NCBI GenBank assembly: GCA_947380835.1
Contig: CANCSL010000001.1
Span: 1-54,429, forward strand
DNA from: Actinomycetota bacterium
GTDB lineage: Bacteria > Actinomycetota > Actinomycetes > Nanopelagicales > Nanopelagicaceae
Direction of reading: 5' to 3'
Length of the DNA: 54,429 nt
Of the stretch, positions 9,243-18,731 are shown in pieces. Below the pieces are notes generated by a model. The model worked only from the letters and a program-made list of their open reading frames with translations. It did not search any database and was not told where the DNA came from. Both the position numbers and the translations under genes were made by a program. Each line of letters begins with the position of its first letter. The first letter of the stretch is position 1.

Positions 9243-12200
9243 GTGAAATATTGGAACAGCCCAGAAACCACATCCGTAAACCGTCTACCTATGCTCAATA
9301 TCGAGCACAAGGATTCATTGCTCTTAGACGGCACTTGGCGCTTCCAGTTATTGCACTCCCCCGACGATCTACCTGGCGCACAGTGGGAGAGCATCCCTGT
9401 GCCCGGACTTTGGACGATGCAGCAAGACAATCCTGCTTTCTGGGACAAGCCCATTTACACCAACGTGCAGATGCCTTTCGAGCAATTGCCACCCGATGTA
9501 CCGGCGCTAAATCCAACTGGCATTTATCAGCGTGAGTTCACAGTTCCAGCCGCTTGGGCGGGAAAGCGCATTGTTTTGCAACTTGGTGGTTTTGAATCTG
9601 TTGCCATCATCACGGTCAATGGAGTCGAAGTCGGCATGGCCAAGGACTCTCGTTTAGCTTCGGATTTCGACATTTCCAATGTCATCCACGAAAAAGAAAA
9701 CCATCTCGAAATCAAGGTCGTGAAATGGTCTGATGCCACTTTCGTGGAAGATCAAGATCAATGGTGGCACGGCGGGATCACCCGTTCGATAAAAATCTTC
9801 GCGACCAACGATGTCTTCATCTCGCGCTTTTATGCCACCCCAGGGTTGCTTGCAGATAACAAGACCGGCACTCTGAACATTCGCACCTTTCTCGGCTCAA
9901 TCAAAGATGCCTCATTGGTGGGCTGGACAGTGACCGCTTCACTGGGCGGTTCTTCAAAGGCCGCCGCCAAGGAACGCTCTCATACCCTCGACACCCATGT
10001 CCGGCCCAATTGGACGGAAATCTCGGAAGAACATCGCAGAGTTGGCAGCAATTATTTCCATGGCGAATATTGGAACGGCAAGATTCCCGCGGATGTAGTT
10101 TCAACGCTCAAGGAGCTCGAACCTCCAACGCCGGGTTATGTCTCCTTCGATCTCACTTTCCCCAACATCCAAGCCTGGTCGGCCGAGAATCCTGTGCTCT
10201 ACCCCCTGACCATCCAACTCAAAGACCCCAAAGGCAAGGTTGTTGAATCTTTCGTTCAACAGATTGGTTTCCGCAGCGTCAAGATCGTTGGTCATGATCT
10301 TTTGGTCAACGGTCAGCCCGTCATCATTTACGGAATGAACCGCCACGATTTCCATCCTCAAACCGGTCGCGTCCTTACCAAAGAAGATATTCGCAACGAT
10401 TTACTTACTCTCAAGCGCTTCAATTTCAATGCCGTTCGGACTTCGCACTACCCCAATGATCCAGCGCTGCTCGACCTCTGCGATGAGCTCGGCTTCTATG
10501 TTGTTGGAGAAGCAAACCTTGAATCTCATGCTTTCCAAGACAGTCTGTGCAACGATCAACGCTATTTAAATGCGTTTGTAGACCGCAATGCCCGTATGGT
10601 TCAAAGAGACATCCATCATGCCGCTGTCATTCTCTGGTCGCTAGGAAATGAATCCGGTCACGGCTTCAACCATGAGGCCGCCGCTGCATATGTACGTAGT
10701 TTTGATCCGTCTCGTCCATTACATTATGAAGGCGCGATCCGCGGTAACTGGACAAAGGGCCACTCGATCACTGACGTAGTCGTTCCGATGTATCCATCAA
10801 TTGCCGCCATCACTTCTTATGCGAAATCCAAGGAACTTGATCGACCTCTGATCATGTGCGAGTACTCGCACGCCATGGGCAATAGCAATGGCACCTTGGC
10901 TGAATATTGGGAAGCAATCCACACGCTCCCTGGCCTGCAGGGTGGATTTATGTGGGAATTCTGGGATCACGGCATCGAGCAACACCTGCCTAATGGATCC
11001 AAGCGTTCGGCATATGGTGGAGATTTTGGCGAAACCAAACACGATGGCAACTTCTGTTGCGACGGCATGGTCTTCCCAGATCGGACGCCAAAGCCAGCCA
11101 TGCAAGAGTTCAAAGCAATTGCCGCACCACTTGATTTCACCGCGGTTTCTCTTTCGGGCGGTAAATTTTCGGTCTTCAACAAGAACTTCTTCGTCGATTC
11201 ATCTTCTTACGAAGTTCGTTGGGAAGTGTCGGCCAATGGAGATGTCTTCACTTCAGGGAAAGTTGCTCTGCCCAAGATCGGTCCTCGCAAGAAAGTAACT
11301 TTTACAATCCCAACCAGCAAATGGAAGAGCTCTTCGCTACTTGGTGAAAAATTTATTACATTCACTACCATAAAGAAGAGTGCAACCGCTTGGGCTGCTA
11401 CCAATACGGAAATTGGTTGGAGTCAATTTGCTCTTGCCTCAAAGGCGCTGGCGAGGCCAAAGCTAGCCAAAGAGAATAACTTGAAATCAATCATTGATAC
11501 CAATGGTGATATCCATTTACCTCATGGTGTGGTTGCGCCACAGTTAACGCTCTTTCGCGCTCCAACAGATAACGATTGGATTGGCCATATAGCTACGCGT
11601 TGGTTCCGCTGGGGTCTTGACAGCTTAAGCAAGAAGAGCGTCAAGGTAACCTACGGAGCCAAAGCCACCACTGTTCGCACAACGTGGGCAACGCGAACCG
11701 GATTTGAAATTAAGCAGGTTCAGGTTATCGAGCAAGTGGTTGGCGGACTAAAGATTTCTGAGTCAGCCACCCTTCCCAAAGAACTCAACGACGTCGCTCG
11801 AGTTGGAACCGTCTTTGAAGTTGATGGCTCATTAACTAACCTGGATTACTTCGGAGCAGGTGCGCACGAGAGCTATCCCGATCGTAAGAAGGGCAAGCTC
11901 GCACACTATGCCTCAACAGTCTGGGATCAATACATCCCTTATGTCAGACCTCAGGAAAATGGTGGGCATAATGGTGTTCGCTGGATCAAGCTCACCAACT
12001 CGGCCGGTGAAGGAATCCACATCACCATGGCAAAGCCCTATCAGGTCAATGTCAGCCCTTTCAGCACTCTTGACCTCGTTGCTGCATCGCATGATGTCGA
12101 ACTCTCCCCTTCGGGCAAGGTCGTCGTCACCATTGATGCTGCGCATCGCGGTCTCGGGACCGCCTCATGTGGACCAGACACCATCTCGGCCTACATCATC

Positions 12201-12245
12201 AAGCCAGGGCTTCATAAGTGGGAATGGACACTCCAGACTCGCTAA
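9243..12245 (+). CDS. lacZ: Beta-galactosidase (GH2, LacZ type)
   Basis: 1000 aa with NAVRTSHYPN, WSLGNESG, MCEYSHAMGNSNG and a C-terminal small-chain domain. GTG start with GGAG 6 nt upstream. Confidence 0.93.
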   Translation: MKYWNSPETTSVNRLPMLNIEHKDSLLLDGTWRFQLLHSPDDLPGAQWESIPVPGLWTMQQDNPAFWDKPIYTNVQMPFEQLPPDVPALNPTGIYQREFTVPAAWAGKRIVLQLGGFESVAIITVNGVEVGMAKDSRLASDFDISNVIHEKENHLEIKVVKWSDATFVEDQDQWWHGGITRSIKIFATNDVFISRFYATPGLLADNKTGTLNIRTFLGSIKDASLVGWTVTASLGGSSKAAAKERSHTLDTHVRPNWTEISEEHRRVGSNYFHGEYWNGKIPADVVSTLKELEPPTPGYVSFDLTFPNIQAWSAENPVLYPLTIQLKDPKGKVVESFVQQIGFRSVKIVGHDLLVNGQPVIIYGMNRHDFHPQTGRVLTKEDIRNDLLTLKRFNFNAVRTSHYPNDPALLDLCDELGFYVVGEANLESHAFQDSLCNDQRYLNAFVDRNARMVQRDIHHAAVILWSLGNESGHGFNHEAAAAYVRSFDPSRPLHYEGAIRGNWTKGHSITDVVVPMYPSIAAITSYAKSKELDRPLIMCEYSHAMGNSNGTLAEYWEAIHTLPGLQGGFMWEFWDHGIEQHLPNGSKRSAYGGDFGETKHDGNFCCDGMVFPDRTPKPAMQEFKAIAAPLDFTAVSLSGGKFSVFNKNFFVDSSSYEVRWEVSANGDVFTSGKVALPKIGPRKKVTFTIPTSKWKSSSLLGEKFITFTTIKKSATAWAATNTEIGWSQFALASKALARPKLAKENNLKSIIDTNGDIHLPHGVVAPQLTLFRAPTDNDWIGHIATRWFRWGLDSLSKKSVKVTYGAKATTVRTTWATRTGFEIKQVQVIEQVVGGLKISESATLPKELNDVARVGTVFEVDGSLTNLDYFGAGAHESYPDRKKGKLAHYASTVWDQYIPYVRPQENGGHNGVRWIKLTNSAGEGIHITMAKPYQVNVSPFSTLDLVAASHDVELSPSGKVVVTIDAAHRGLGTASCGPDTISAYIIKPGLHKWEWTLQTR

Positions 12246-12293
12246 TTCCAGCGCACGAAAGCCCAGAAGGCGCTCAACTATAAGATTGGCTCC

Positions 12294-13415
12294 GTGATTA
12301 ACGAGAAAATTCTTTCCCTGGAAGCCGAGGTTCGCCGGAGCGAATTGGAGATGGCCGATGGGCGAAAGATTCGTTATTACGACTCCCATGGCCAATCTCG
12401 AAGCGCTGCCGATCGCAGGCCCGCCGACGATCAGCCCGCAATTGGTGAGATGCGCCTGGACCTACTGACGAATGAATGGGTGGCGATCGCCGCTCATCGC
12501 CAGGGTCGAACCTTCCTGCCACCGAAAGAACTCTGTCCGCTTTGCCCGACGACGGGCGAAATGTTGAGCGAGATTCCAGATAGCGATTACGAGGTAGTGG
12601 TCTTCGACAACCGCTTCCCTTCGCTTAAATCTCCCGATAAAGGCTGGACCCTTCCCGAAGAAAACGGAATTGAGACCGAGATCCCTGCGGCTGCTGGAAT
12701 ATGCGAAGTGGTCTGCTTTACTTCAGATCACGGAACTTCATTCGGCGAACTTTCAACACGACAGATTCGGACTGTGCTTGAGGCATGGCGAGATCGAACC
12801 CGCGAACTTTCTCAATTAGATTTCGTGCAACAAGTATTCCCTTTTGAAAATCGCGGCGAGGAAATCGGCGTCACCTTGGCCCACCCTCACGGACAAATTT
12901 ACGCATACTCATACCTCACCCCTCGCACTGAAAAGATGCTGGCATCAGCGAGACGATATTTTGCCCGTCATGGACGAATTCTGTTGGATGATGTCATCAA
13001 GCGTGAACTCCAAGACCAAGTTCGCATCATCGCCCAAAATGATCATTGGATCGCTTACGTTCCATTTGCCGCCCGTTACCCCTTTGAAATTCACGTTGCT
13101 CCACTTGTCGGAGTTCCAGACTTAACAGCCCTTTCTACAGCTGCCGCCGACGCTTTCCCCGAGATTGCGCACGAAGTCCTGGCTCGCTTGGATGGCGTTT
13201 TCAATATTCCTATGGCCTATATCGCCGCGTGGCATCAAGCCCCCGTCCGCGAAGGACGAGATGTCATGCGTTTGCATTGGCAGATCACCAGCATTCGGCG
13301 CGCCCCGGGTAAGTTGAAATATCTTGCGGGATCAGAATCTGCAATGGGTGCATTTATTATGGATATGAAACCCGAACAGTCGGCCGCACAAATGAGGGAA
13401 GTGACAATTAAATGA
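12294..13415 (+). CDS. galT: Galactose-1-phosphate uridylyltransferase
   Basis: CPLCP zinc motif and the HPHGQIY active-site HxH. The start is uncertain: GTG 12294 has no clear SD, and in-frame alternatives lie around 12345-12351. Confidence 0.88.
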   Translation: MINEKILSLEAEVRRSELEMADGRKIRYYDSHGQSRSAADRRPADDQPAIGEMRLDLLTNEWVAIAAHRQGRTFLPPKELCPLCPTTGEMLSEIPDSDYEVVVFDNRFPSLKSPDKGWTLPEENGIETEIPAAAGICEVVCFTSDHGTSFGELSTRQIRTVLEAWRDRTRELSQLDFVQQVFPFENRGEEIGVTLAHPHGQIYAYSYLTPRTEKMLASARRYFARHGRILLDDVIKRELQDQVRIIAQNDHWIAYVPFAARYPFEIHVAPLVGVPDLTALSTAAADAFPEIAHEVLARLDGVFNIPMAYIAAWHQAPVREGRDVMRLHWQITSIRRAPGKLKYLAGSESAMGAFIMDMKPEQSAAQMREVTIK

Positions 13416-14368
13416 AAGTTCTAGTTACTGGTGGAGCGGGCTATATCGGCGGTACCGCAGTTTCGATGTTGTTAGATGCCGGCTACAGCGTCAACGTTTT
13501 AGATAATTGCAGCACTGGTCATGCAGATAGCGTGGACCCACGAGCTACATTCTTTAACGAGTCTCTCCTCAATGCTGCTGCGGTTCAGAGCGCACTTTCT
13601 GGCGTTGATGCCGTGCTGCATTTCTCGGCGAAGTCCCTCGTTGGTGAATCTGTAAACAAACCAGATATCTACTGGGAGACAAATGTTTCAGGTACTCGGA
13701 TTCTCCTGGATTCAATGCACAGCGCAGGTATTAAGAAATTAGTCTTTTCTTCTACTGCTGCCACATATGGCGAACCTAAAGAAATACCTATCACCGAAGA
13801 GTCAGTCACCAACCCCACAAATCCATATGGTGCATCCAAGCTTGCCGTGGATTACATGATCACTGCTCAAGCGAACGCTTATGGCTTGGCTGCAATAAGT
13901 TTGCGCTATTTCAACGTGGCTGGGGCGCTCAAGACATCGCGCGGCTGGCAGACGGAGCGACACAATCCTGAAACTCACCTTATTCCCAATGTATTGCGCG
14001 CGAGTACCGTAAATCCTCTCAAAGTTTTTGGCGAAGATTGGCCAACTGCCGATGGCACTTGTATCCGTGATTATGTACATGTCGTTGACTTGATTAAGGC
14101 CCACATCAGCGCTCTCAATGTTGCGACACCGTCGAGCCACGAGATTATCAATCTCGGCAGTGGTGGTGGATATTCCGTAAAGGAAGTCATCGCCTCGGCA
14201 GAGAAAACTTTGGGCAGGCCCGTCCCCTGTCTGAGCGCACCTCGTCGCGCGGGAGATCCTGCCGTTCTGATCGCCGATATTTCCAAGGCTGGAAGATTGC
14301 TCTCTTGGAAACCAGAGTTGGATTTGGATGCGATGGTCTCCGACGCTTGGAAATCATTTAATGAGTAA
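13412..14368 (+). CDS. galE: UDP-glucose 4-epimerase
   Basis: VLVTGGAGYIGG Rossmann motif and the YGASK catalytic motif. The ATGA overlaps the galT stop. Confidence 0.92.
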   Translation: MKVLVTGGAGYIGGTAVSMLLDAGYSVNVLDNCSTGHADSVDPRATFFNESLLNAAAVQSALSGVDAVLHFSAKSLVGESVNKPDIYWETNVSGTRILLDSMHSAGIKKLVFSSTAATYGEPKEIPITEESVTNPTNPYGASKLAVDYMITAQANAYGLAAISLRYFNVAGALKTSRGWQTERHNPETHLIPNVLRASTVNPLKVFGEDWPTADGTCIRDYVHVVDLIKAHISALNVATPSSHEIINLGSGGGYSVKEVIASAEKTLGRPVPCLSAPRRAGDPAVLIADISKAGRLLSWKPELDLDAMVSDAWKSFNE

Positions 14369-15530
14369 TTCTCATTCTATGGCTTCCGATATTCGCAGTG
14401 AATTTGAAAAAGCATTTGGACACAGTCCCGACGTTGTAGCGCAGGCTCCCGGCCGAGTCAACCTCATTGGCGAACATATCGATTACAGCGATGGTTTCGT
14501 CTTGCCTTTTGCAATTAAAGATGTGACCACTGTGGCGATAGGAAAACGAGCAGATCGCACTCTTACCGTGGCATCCGTTCAGCGCCCCAAAGATAAATAC
14601 GTCACTTCTCTCGATAATCTGGCCCCGCTCACAGGAGAACCCTGGTCTCGCTATGTGCTGGGCGTCTTGTGGGCAATACCCAACCACTTGCAGTTATCGG
14701 GTATGAATATCTTGATCGATGGCCGAGTACCGCTCGGCGCGGGTCTTTCTTCTAGCGCCGCTTTGGAATGCTCCGTGGCCACCGCTCTCAACCACCTCTT
14801 TGATCTTCAGATAAATTTGGAAGATCTAGCGCGTTTGACGCAAAGAGCGGAAAACATTTATGTGGGAGTTCCTTGCGGAATTATGGATCAATCCATTTCG
14901 CTTATGGGCAAAGCGGGGGCCGCACTTCTTCTGGACTGTCGAGATCTTCATACCGAAGAAATTCCCTTCGAAATTGCTTCTGAAAATCTAGAACTGCTTA
15001 TTATCGATTCTCAGGCACATCATTCTTTGGTGGACGGTGGCTACGCCGAACGTCGCGCTTCTTGTGAGCGCGCAGTTGGTCAGTTAGGCATTCCTTCACT
15101 CCGCGATATTTCTGTTGCCGAGCTTTTCGAGCAAGGGCAATCTCTTGACGAACTAACTTTCAAGCGAGCCAAACATGCCGTGACCGAGATGAAGCGAGTT
15201 CTCGATGCGGTCACTGCTCTACAGGCACGCGACTTTCTCACCTTGGGCAAACTTCTCAACGAATCACATGCATCGCTGCGCGATGATTACACCGTCTCCT
15301 GCGTCGAACTCGATCTCGCAGTGGATACCGCCATCGCTGAAGGAGCCCTTGGAGCGCGCATGGTTGGTGGTGGATTTGGTGGCAGTGCTATTGCATTGAT
15401 CTCAGCGGATTCTGTGGACCGAGTTAAAGCTGCTATCTCTAGCGCTTTTGCCGCCAAGAATTTTAAAGCGCCTAGATTCTTTACATCACTTCCCAGCGAT
15501 GGAGCGAAGGTTCTTACTGAACCGGCGTAA
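14361..15530 (+). CDS. galK: Galactokinase
   Basis: GRVNLIGEHIDY and PLGAGLSSSAALE (GHMP kinase motif). ATG 14361 overlaps the galE stop and is preferred over 14328. Confidence 0.92.
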   Translation: MSNSHSMASDIRSEFEKAFGHSPDVVAQAPGRVNLIGEHIDYSDGFVLPFAIKDVTTVAIGKRADRTLTVASVQRPKDKYVTSLDNLAPLTGEPWSRYVLGVLWAIPNHLQLSGMNILIDGRVPLGAGLSSSAALECSVATALNHLFDLQINLEDLARLTQRAENIYVGVPCGIMDQSISLMGKAGAALLLDCRDLHTEEIPFEIASENLELLIIDSQAHHSLVDGGYAERRASCERAVGQLGIPSLRDISVAELFEQGQSLDELTFKRAKHAVTEMKRVLDAVTALQARDFLTLGKLLNESHASLRDDYTVSCVELDLAVDTAIAEGALGARMVGGGFGGSAIALISADSVDRVKAAISSAFAAKNFKAPRFFTSLPSDGAKVLTEPA

Positions 15531-15753
15531 CGGTAAGTACTTCAACTCCACCAATGGAATTGAGAACTTCCAGTAAATCAGTTGGGTCCGAACCGGGCAC
15601 CGCAACCGTAATGTCATCGATTCCGCGGCCTTCTTCGCTGCGCAAGACCACCAAACTGCGGATATCGCCACCGGCAAAACCAATAGCAGAGGCAACTGCT
15701 CCGAGAGAACCAGGGCGGTCAGGGAGCGCGATTTGAATCTTGAACAGGGCCAT
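15514..15753 (-). CDS. Stand-alone ACT domain protein
   Basis: 79 aa. IQIALPDRPGSLGAVASAIG...GGDI fits the ACT beta-alpha-beta-beta-alpha-beta pattern. The 3' end overlaps the galK 3' end by 17 nt. Confidence 0.7.
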   Translation of the reverse strand: MALFKIQIALPDRPGSLGAVASAIGFAGGDIRSLVVLRSEEGRGIDDITVAVPGSDPTDLLEVLNSIGGVEVLTVTPVQ

Positions 15754-15812
15754 AGGTAAGACAATACACGCCGACTAGTTACGAAGTTGTTACGAGTGGG
15801 TATCAGTAAAGA

Positions 15813-16709
15813 TTAAAGCTGAACGATGTTGCTGCCTGAAATGGCTACTTTGATCTTGGCCAGAGGCGCCGGCGCAGGTCCGCGAACGACTTCAGCATTT
15901 CTGTTGGGATCATAGGCCGCGCCATGGCAAGGGCATTCAATCCATTGTGACGTAGTGGAATAACTGACGATGCAGCCCTGATGGGTGCAGACTGCTGAAT
16001 AAGCAAAAACCCCCGCCTTCGTGCGGAAGAGAATGGCTGCGTTGCCGTCTGCGGCTTGGAAGTTCTTGGTGGAGCCGACCGGAAAATCAGCGAGCTTGAC
16101 GATCGCGGTGCCCGCTAGCGGAACAGAAATTGTCTTCTTGAATCTGCCGCCAATAAGCGCACCAGCAACTGCAGCCGCGCCAACACCGATAAGCCGCATA
16201 ACCTCCCGGCGATCGGTGATATCTGGAATGAGCTTTGTATTTCGACCGGTTCCGCGCTGCCCAGATTTTGCTGACTTTTGGTGGAGGGAAACGAGAAGAA
16301 CAAGCCAGAGAATCGCGTAAGCGGTGTCACTGCCGAGGAAATATGGGTGAACCGACCAAGAGGAAGAGAGCCAAAGCCCAACAGACATGCCTAATCCACC
16401 GAGGGCCGCCAGTGAGAGTGCTACTCCCGTGAGGACAGCGACTCCGATGGCAAACTCGCTGAGCATGACAAACCAGCCGACCAAGGTGGCATGTTCAATG
16501 AGATGACGCAGGAAGAAGGCGATGGGCGAAGAGCCTAAATAGCCCGTCAACTGCGCACCGATGTAGTGACTTGAACTGGGATTGAGGAATCCGGCATCGC
16601 TGGCTTTGTTCCACCCAGCGAAGATCCAGGTTAACCCCAGCCAAAGGCGGAGGATCGATAAAGAGATGGGTTGAGAGCTCCAGGATCTGGAGATAAATGA
16701 CTTGGCCAT
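15813..16709 (-). CDS. Membrane DoxX/DoxD-like domain fused to a C-terminal Rieske [2Fe-2S] domain
   Basis: The N-terminal ~150 aa has about 4 TM segments (LRLWLGLTWIFAGWNK... is DoxX-like). The C-terminus has CTHQGC-x17-CPCHGAAYD, the canonical Rieske ligands. Confidence 0.8.
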   Translation of the reverse strand: MAKSFISRSWSSQPISLSILRLWLGLTWIFAGWNKASDAGFLNPSSSHYIGAQLTGYLGSSPIAFFLRHLIEHATLVGWFVMLSEFAIGVAVLTGVALSLAALGGLGMSVGLWLSSSWSVHPYFLGSDTAYAILWLVLLVSLHQKSAKSGQRGTGRNTKLIPDITDRREVMRLIGVGAAAVAGALIGGRFKKTISVPLAGTAIVKLADFPVGSTKNFQAADGNAAILFRTKAGVFAYSAVCTHQGCIVSYSTTSQWIECPCHGAAYDPNRNAEVVRGPAPAPLAKIKVAISGSNIVQL

Positions 16710-16749
16710 GCGCTCACCGCCTCACGCGAGAAACCTGCCCGTATAAAAC

Positions 16750-16825
16750 TGGCTCCCTGACTTGGACTCGAACCAAGAACCTGCCGATTAACAGTCGGCT
16801 GCTCTGCCAATTGAGCTATCAGGGA
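16750..16825 (-). tRNA. tRNA-Asn (anticodon GTT), CCA encoded
   Basis: The reverse complement reads TCCCTGATAGCTCAATTGGCAGAGCAGCCGACTGTTAATCGGCAGGTTCTTGGTTCGAGTCCAAGTCAGGGAGCCA. It folds as a cloverleaf with anticodon loop CTGTTAA. It lies downstream of dnaG, as in other actinobacteria. Confidence 0.95.
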
Positions 16826-16897
16826 ATATCTTCCAAACCAGATGCGAACTCTAGCGAATCGATGGAAATAAAGAAAAACGAGAAAAAGTCGATTTTT

Positions 16898-18721
16898 TCA
16901 GCCAACATCGCCCAAAGCTAGGTCCTTTTGAACTCGACGCTTGGCCTCCATGGCTACCAATTGCCCGAAGACCTCGCCATACCTGACCTCCTCCTCCAGC
17001 GGATTAATCCGTTGCAAAGTGGATTTAATTTCGGCGATCGAGCGCCCCAACGCCACTTCACGCAATTTGGCAAAGATGCTGGTGATGTATCGATCTGAAA
17101 TTTCCCGATCCGTGCGGACTGGTTCAACCGTGAGTTCTGTGATCAAAGACTTAAGGGATTCATCATCGGTCGCCCCCAAAAGCAGATTGATATCCACATT
17201 TGGATTGTTATCAATGAGTGCTCGGACTGCCGAGTACGGAGCAAATGTAAAGGCTTCGGCTTCCAGCTCACTCCACGCTGAGAGCATTTCCGGAACTTGC
17301 AGTCGAATCTTTAAGACTTCTCGTTCTAAGATCAAAACGGGATCACTGGGATTTGCATTGGGTCGTTGGGCGGCGTTAGCGCTTTTCCCTGGAGAAGAGA
17401 TCGCTTTGATCGCGGCGCTGACCGTGTCGACTTCCATTCCCAACCAACCAGCAACCAAACGCGCATACTCGGGCCGAAGCGAGGCATCGCGAATCTTTCC
17501 AATCAGTGGAGTCACTTGATTGAGTGCCGAAACTCGTCCTTCGGCGGTTCGAACGTCGTATTGGTTGATCACGCTTTTCATAGCAAATTCGAAAAGTGGA
17601 ACTCGACGTGCGATCAAATCGCGGACCGCTTGATCTCCATTTGCCTGGCGAAGTTCACATGGGTCCATGCCATTGGGTTCGACCGCAACAAATGTTTGTG
17701 CAACAAATTTCTGATCGTCATCGAAGGCACGGAGGGCTGCCTTCTGACCGGCGGCGTCACCATCAAAAGTAAAGATGACTTCTCCGCGGAATGCATCATC
17801 ATCCATAAGCAAACGTCTGATAATTCGAATATGGTCATCACCAAAAGCAGTTCCACATGTCGCGACAGCCGTGGTGATACCTGCAAGATGGGCAGCCATG
17901 ACATCTGTGTAACCTTCAACGATCACCACTTGTCGCTTTTTGGCGATTTCTTTCTTCGCTAAATCCAAGCCATAAAGAATCTGACTCTTCTTATAAATTT
18001 GAGTCTCTGCGGTATTGAGATATTTGGGGCCTTGATCCACATCATCACTTGCTAATTTGCGCGCACCAAATCCAACAACATCGCCGGAAATATCTCGAAT
18101 TGGCCAGATCAACCTATTACGGAATCTATCTATCGGCCCTCGGGTGCCTTCCTTAGATAAGCCGGCCAGTGAAAGTTCTAGATCTGAAAACCCTTTGGCA
18201 CGGAGAGTTTTATAGAGCGCATCCCATTCATCAGGCGCGTATCCGACTCCGAAATGATCAGCGGATGCTTTATCGAATCCCCGACCAGCCAGAAAATCAC
18301 GGCCAACTTGTGCCGGACCAGGCAAGAGCAGCGCCGCGCGATAAAACTCCATGGCAGCTGTATTTGCGGCAACTAAGCGAGAACGGCTGACCCCAGAAGT
18401 TGGCGCAGTTCCCAAGCCGTCGTAACGCAAGGTGTAGCCAATACGATCTGCCAAACGCTCAACGGTCTCAGAAAATGTTAAATGCTCGAGCTTCATGAGA
18501 AATGCGATTACATCTCCACCTTGCTGGCAGCCAAAACAGTGAAAATATCCTTTGCTCGGTGTTACGTGAAAAGAAGGGCTTTTCTCGTCATGGAAAGGGC
18601 ATAGCCCTTTCTTTTGCCCGCCGCCGGCGTTCTTGAGTTGGACAAAGTCCCCCACTACGTCATCAATCGGTGAATGATCGCGAACGTAAGTTACGTCTTC
18701 ATCTCGTATGCGCCCGGACAT
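16898..18721 (-). CDS. dnaG: DNA primase
   Basis: 607 aa with the CPFHDEKSPSFHV...CFGC zinc finger and a TOPRIM region (VIVEGYTDV). Confidence 0.95.
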   Translation of the reverse strand: MSGRIRDEDVTYVRDHSPIDDVVGDFVQLKNAGGGQKKGLCPFHDEKSPSFHVTPSKGYFHCFGCQQGGDVIAFLMKLEHLTFSETVERLADRIGYTLRYDGLGTAPTSGVSRSRLVAANTAAMEFYRAALLLPGPAQVGRDFLAGRGFDKASADHFGVGYAPDEWDALYKTLRAKGFSDLELSLAGLSKEGTRGPIDRFRNRLIWPIRDISGDVVGFGARKLASDDVDQGPKYLNTAETQIYKKSQILYGLDLAKKEIAKKRQVVIVEGYTDVMAAHLAGITTAVATCGTAFGDDHIRIIRRLLMDDDAFRGEVIFTFDGDAAGQKAALRAFDDDQKFVAQTFVAVEPNGMDPCELRQANGDQAVRDLIARRVPLFEFAMKSVINQYDVRTAEGRVSALNQVTPLIGKIRDASLRPEYARLVAGWLGMEVDTVSAAIKAISSPGKSANAAQRPNANPSDPVLILEREVLKIRLQVPEMLSAWSELEAEAFTFAPYSAVRALIDNNPNVDINLLLGATDDESLKSLITELTVEPVRTDREISDRYITSIFAKLREVALGRSIAEIKSTLQRINPLEEEVRYGEVFGQLVAMEAKRRVQKDLALGDVG

Positions 18722-18731
18722 GTCTCTGATC

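Noticed and set aside
5267-15530. Possible genomic island integrated at tRNA(CAT), carrying the lysozyme and galactoside genes
   Set aside because: I saw no integrase, recombinase or phage genes, no obvious compositional shift by eye, and no direct repeat of the tRNA 3' end bounding the block. The block is followed by core genes in conserved actinobacterial order.
16865-16900. A/T hairpin GAAAAA-n6-TTTTTC plus a T-rich tract right after the dnaG stop, as a possible terminator
   Set aside because: The stem is only 6 bp and 5 of those are A-T, overlapping the stop codon. That is too weak to call from the sequence alone.
16941-17962. Large antisense ORFs inside dnaG (192 and 198 aa). There are similar shadows inside comM (40622..41128), the IMPase gene (44406..45005), dprA (39274..39870), the alpha-galactosidase gene (7908..8396), the EamA gene (37526..37993) and sepH (45676..46125)
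   Set aside because: They lie opposite to, or out of frame with, strongly supported genes. They have Ser/Arg/Cys-rich low-information sequences and no motifs, and are typical shadow ORFs.
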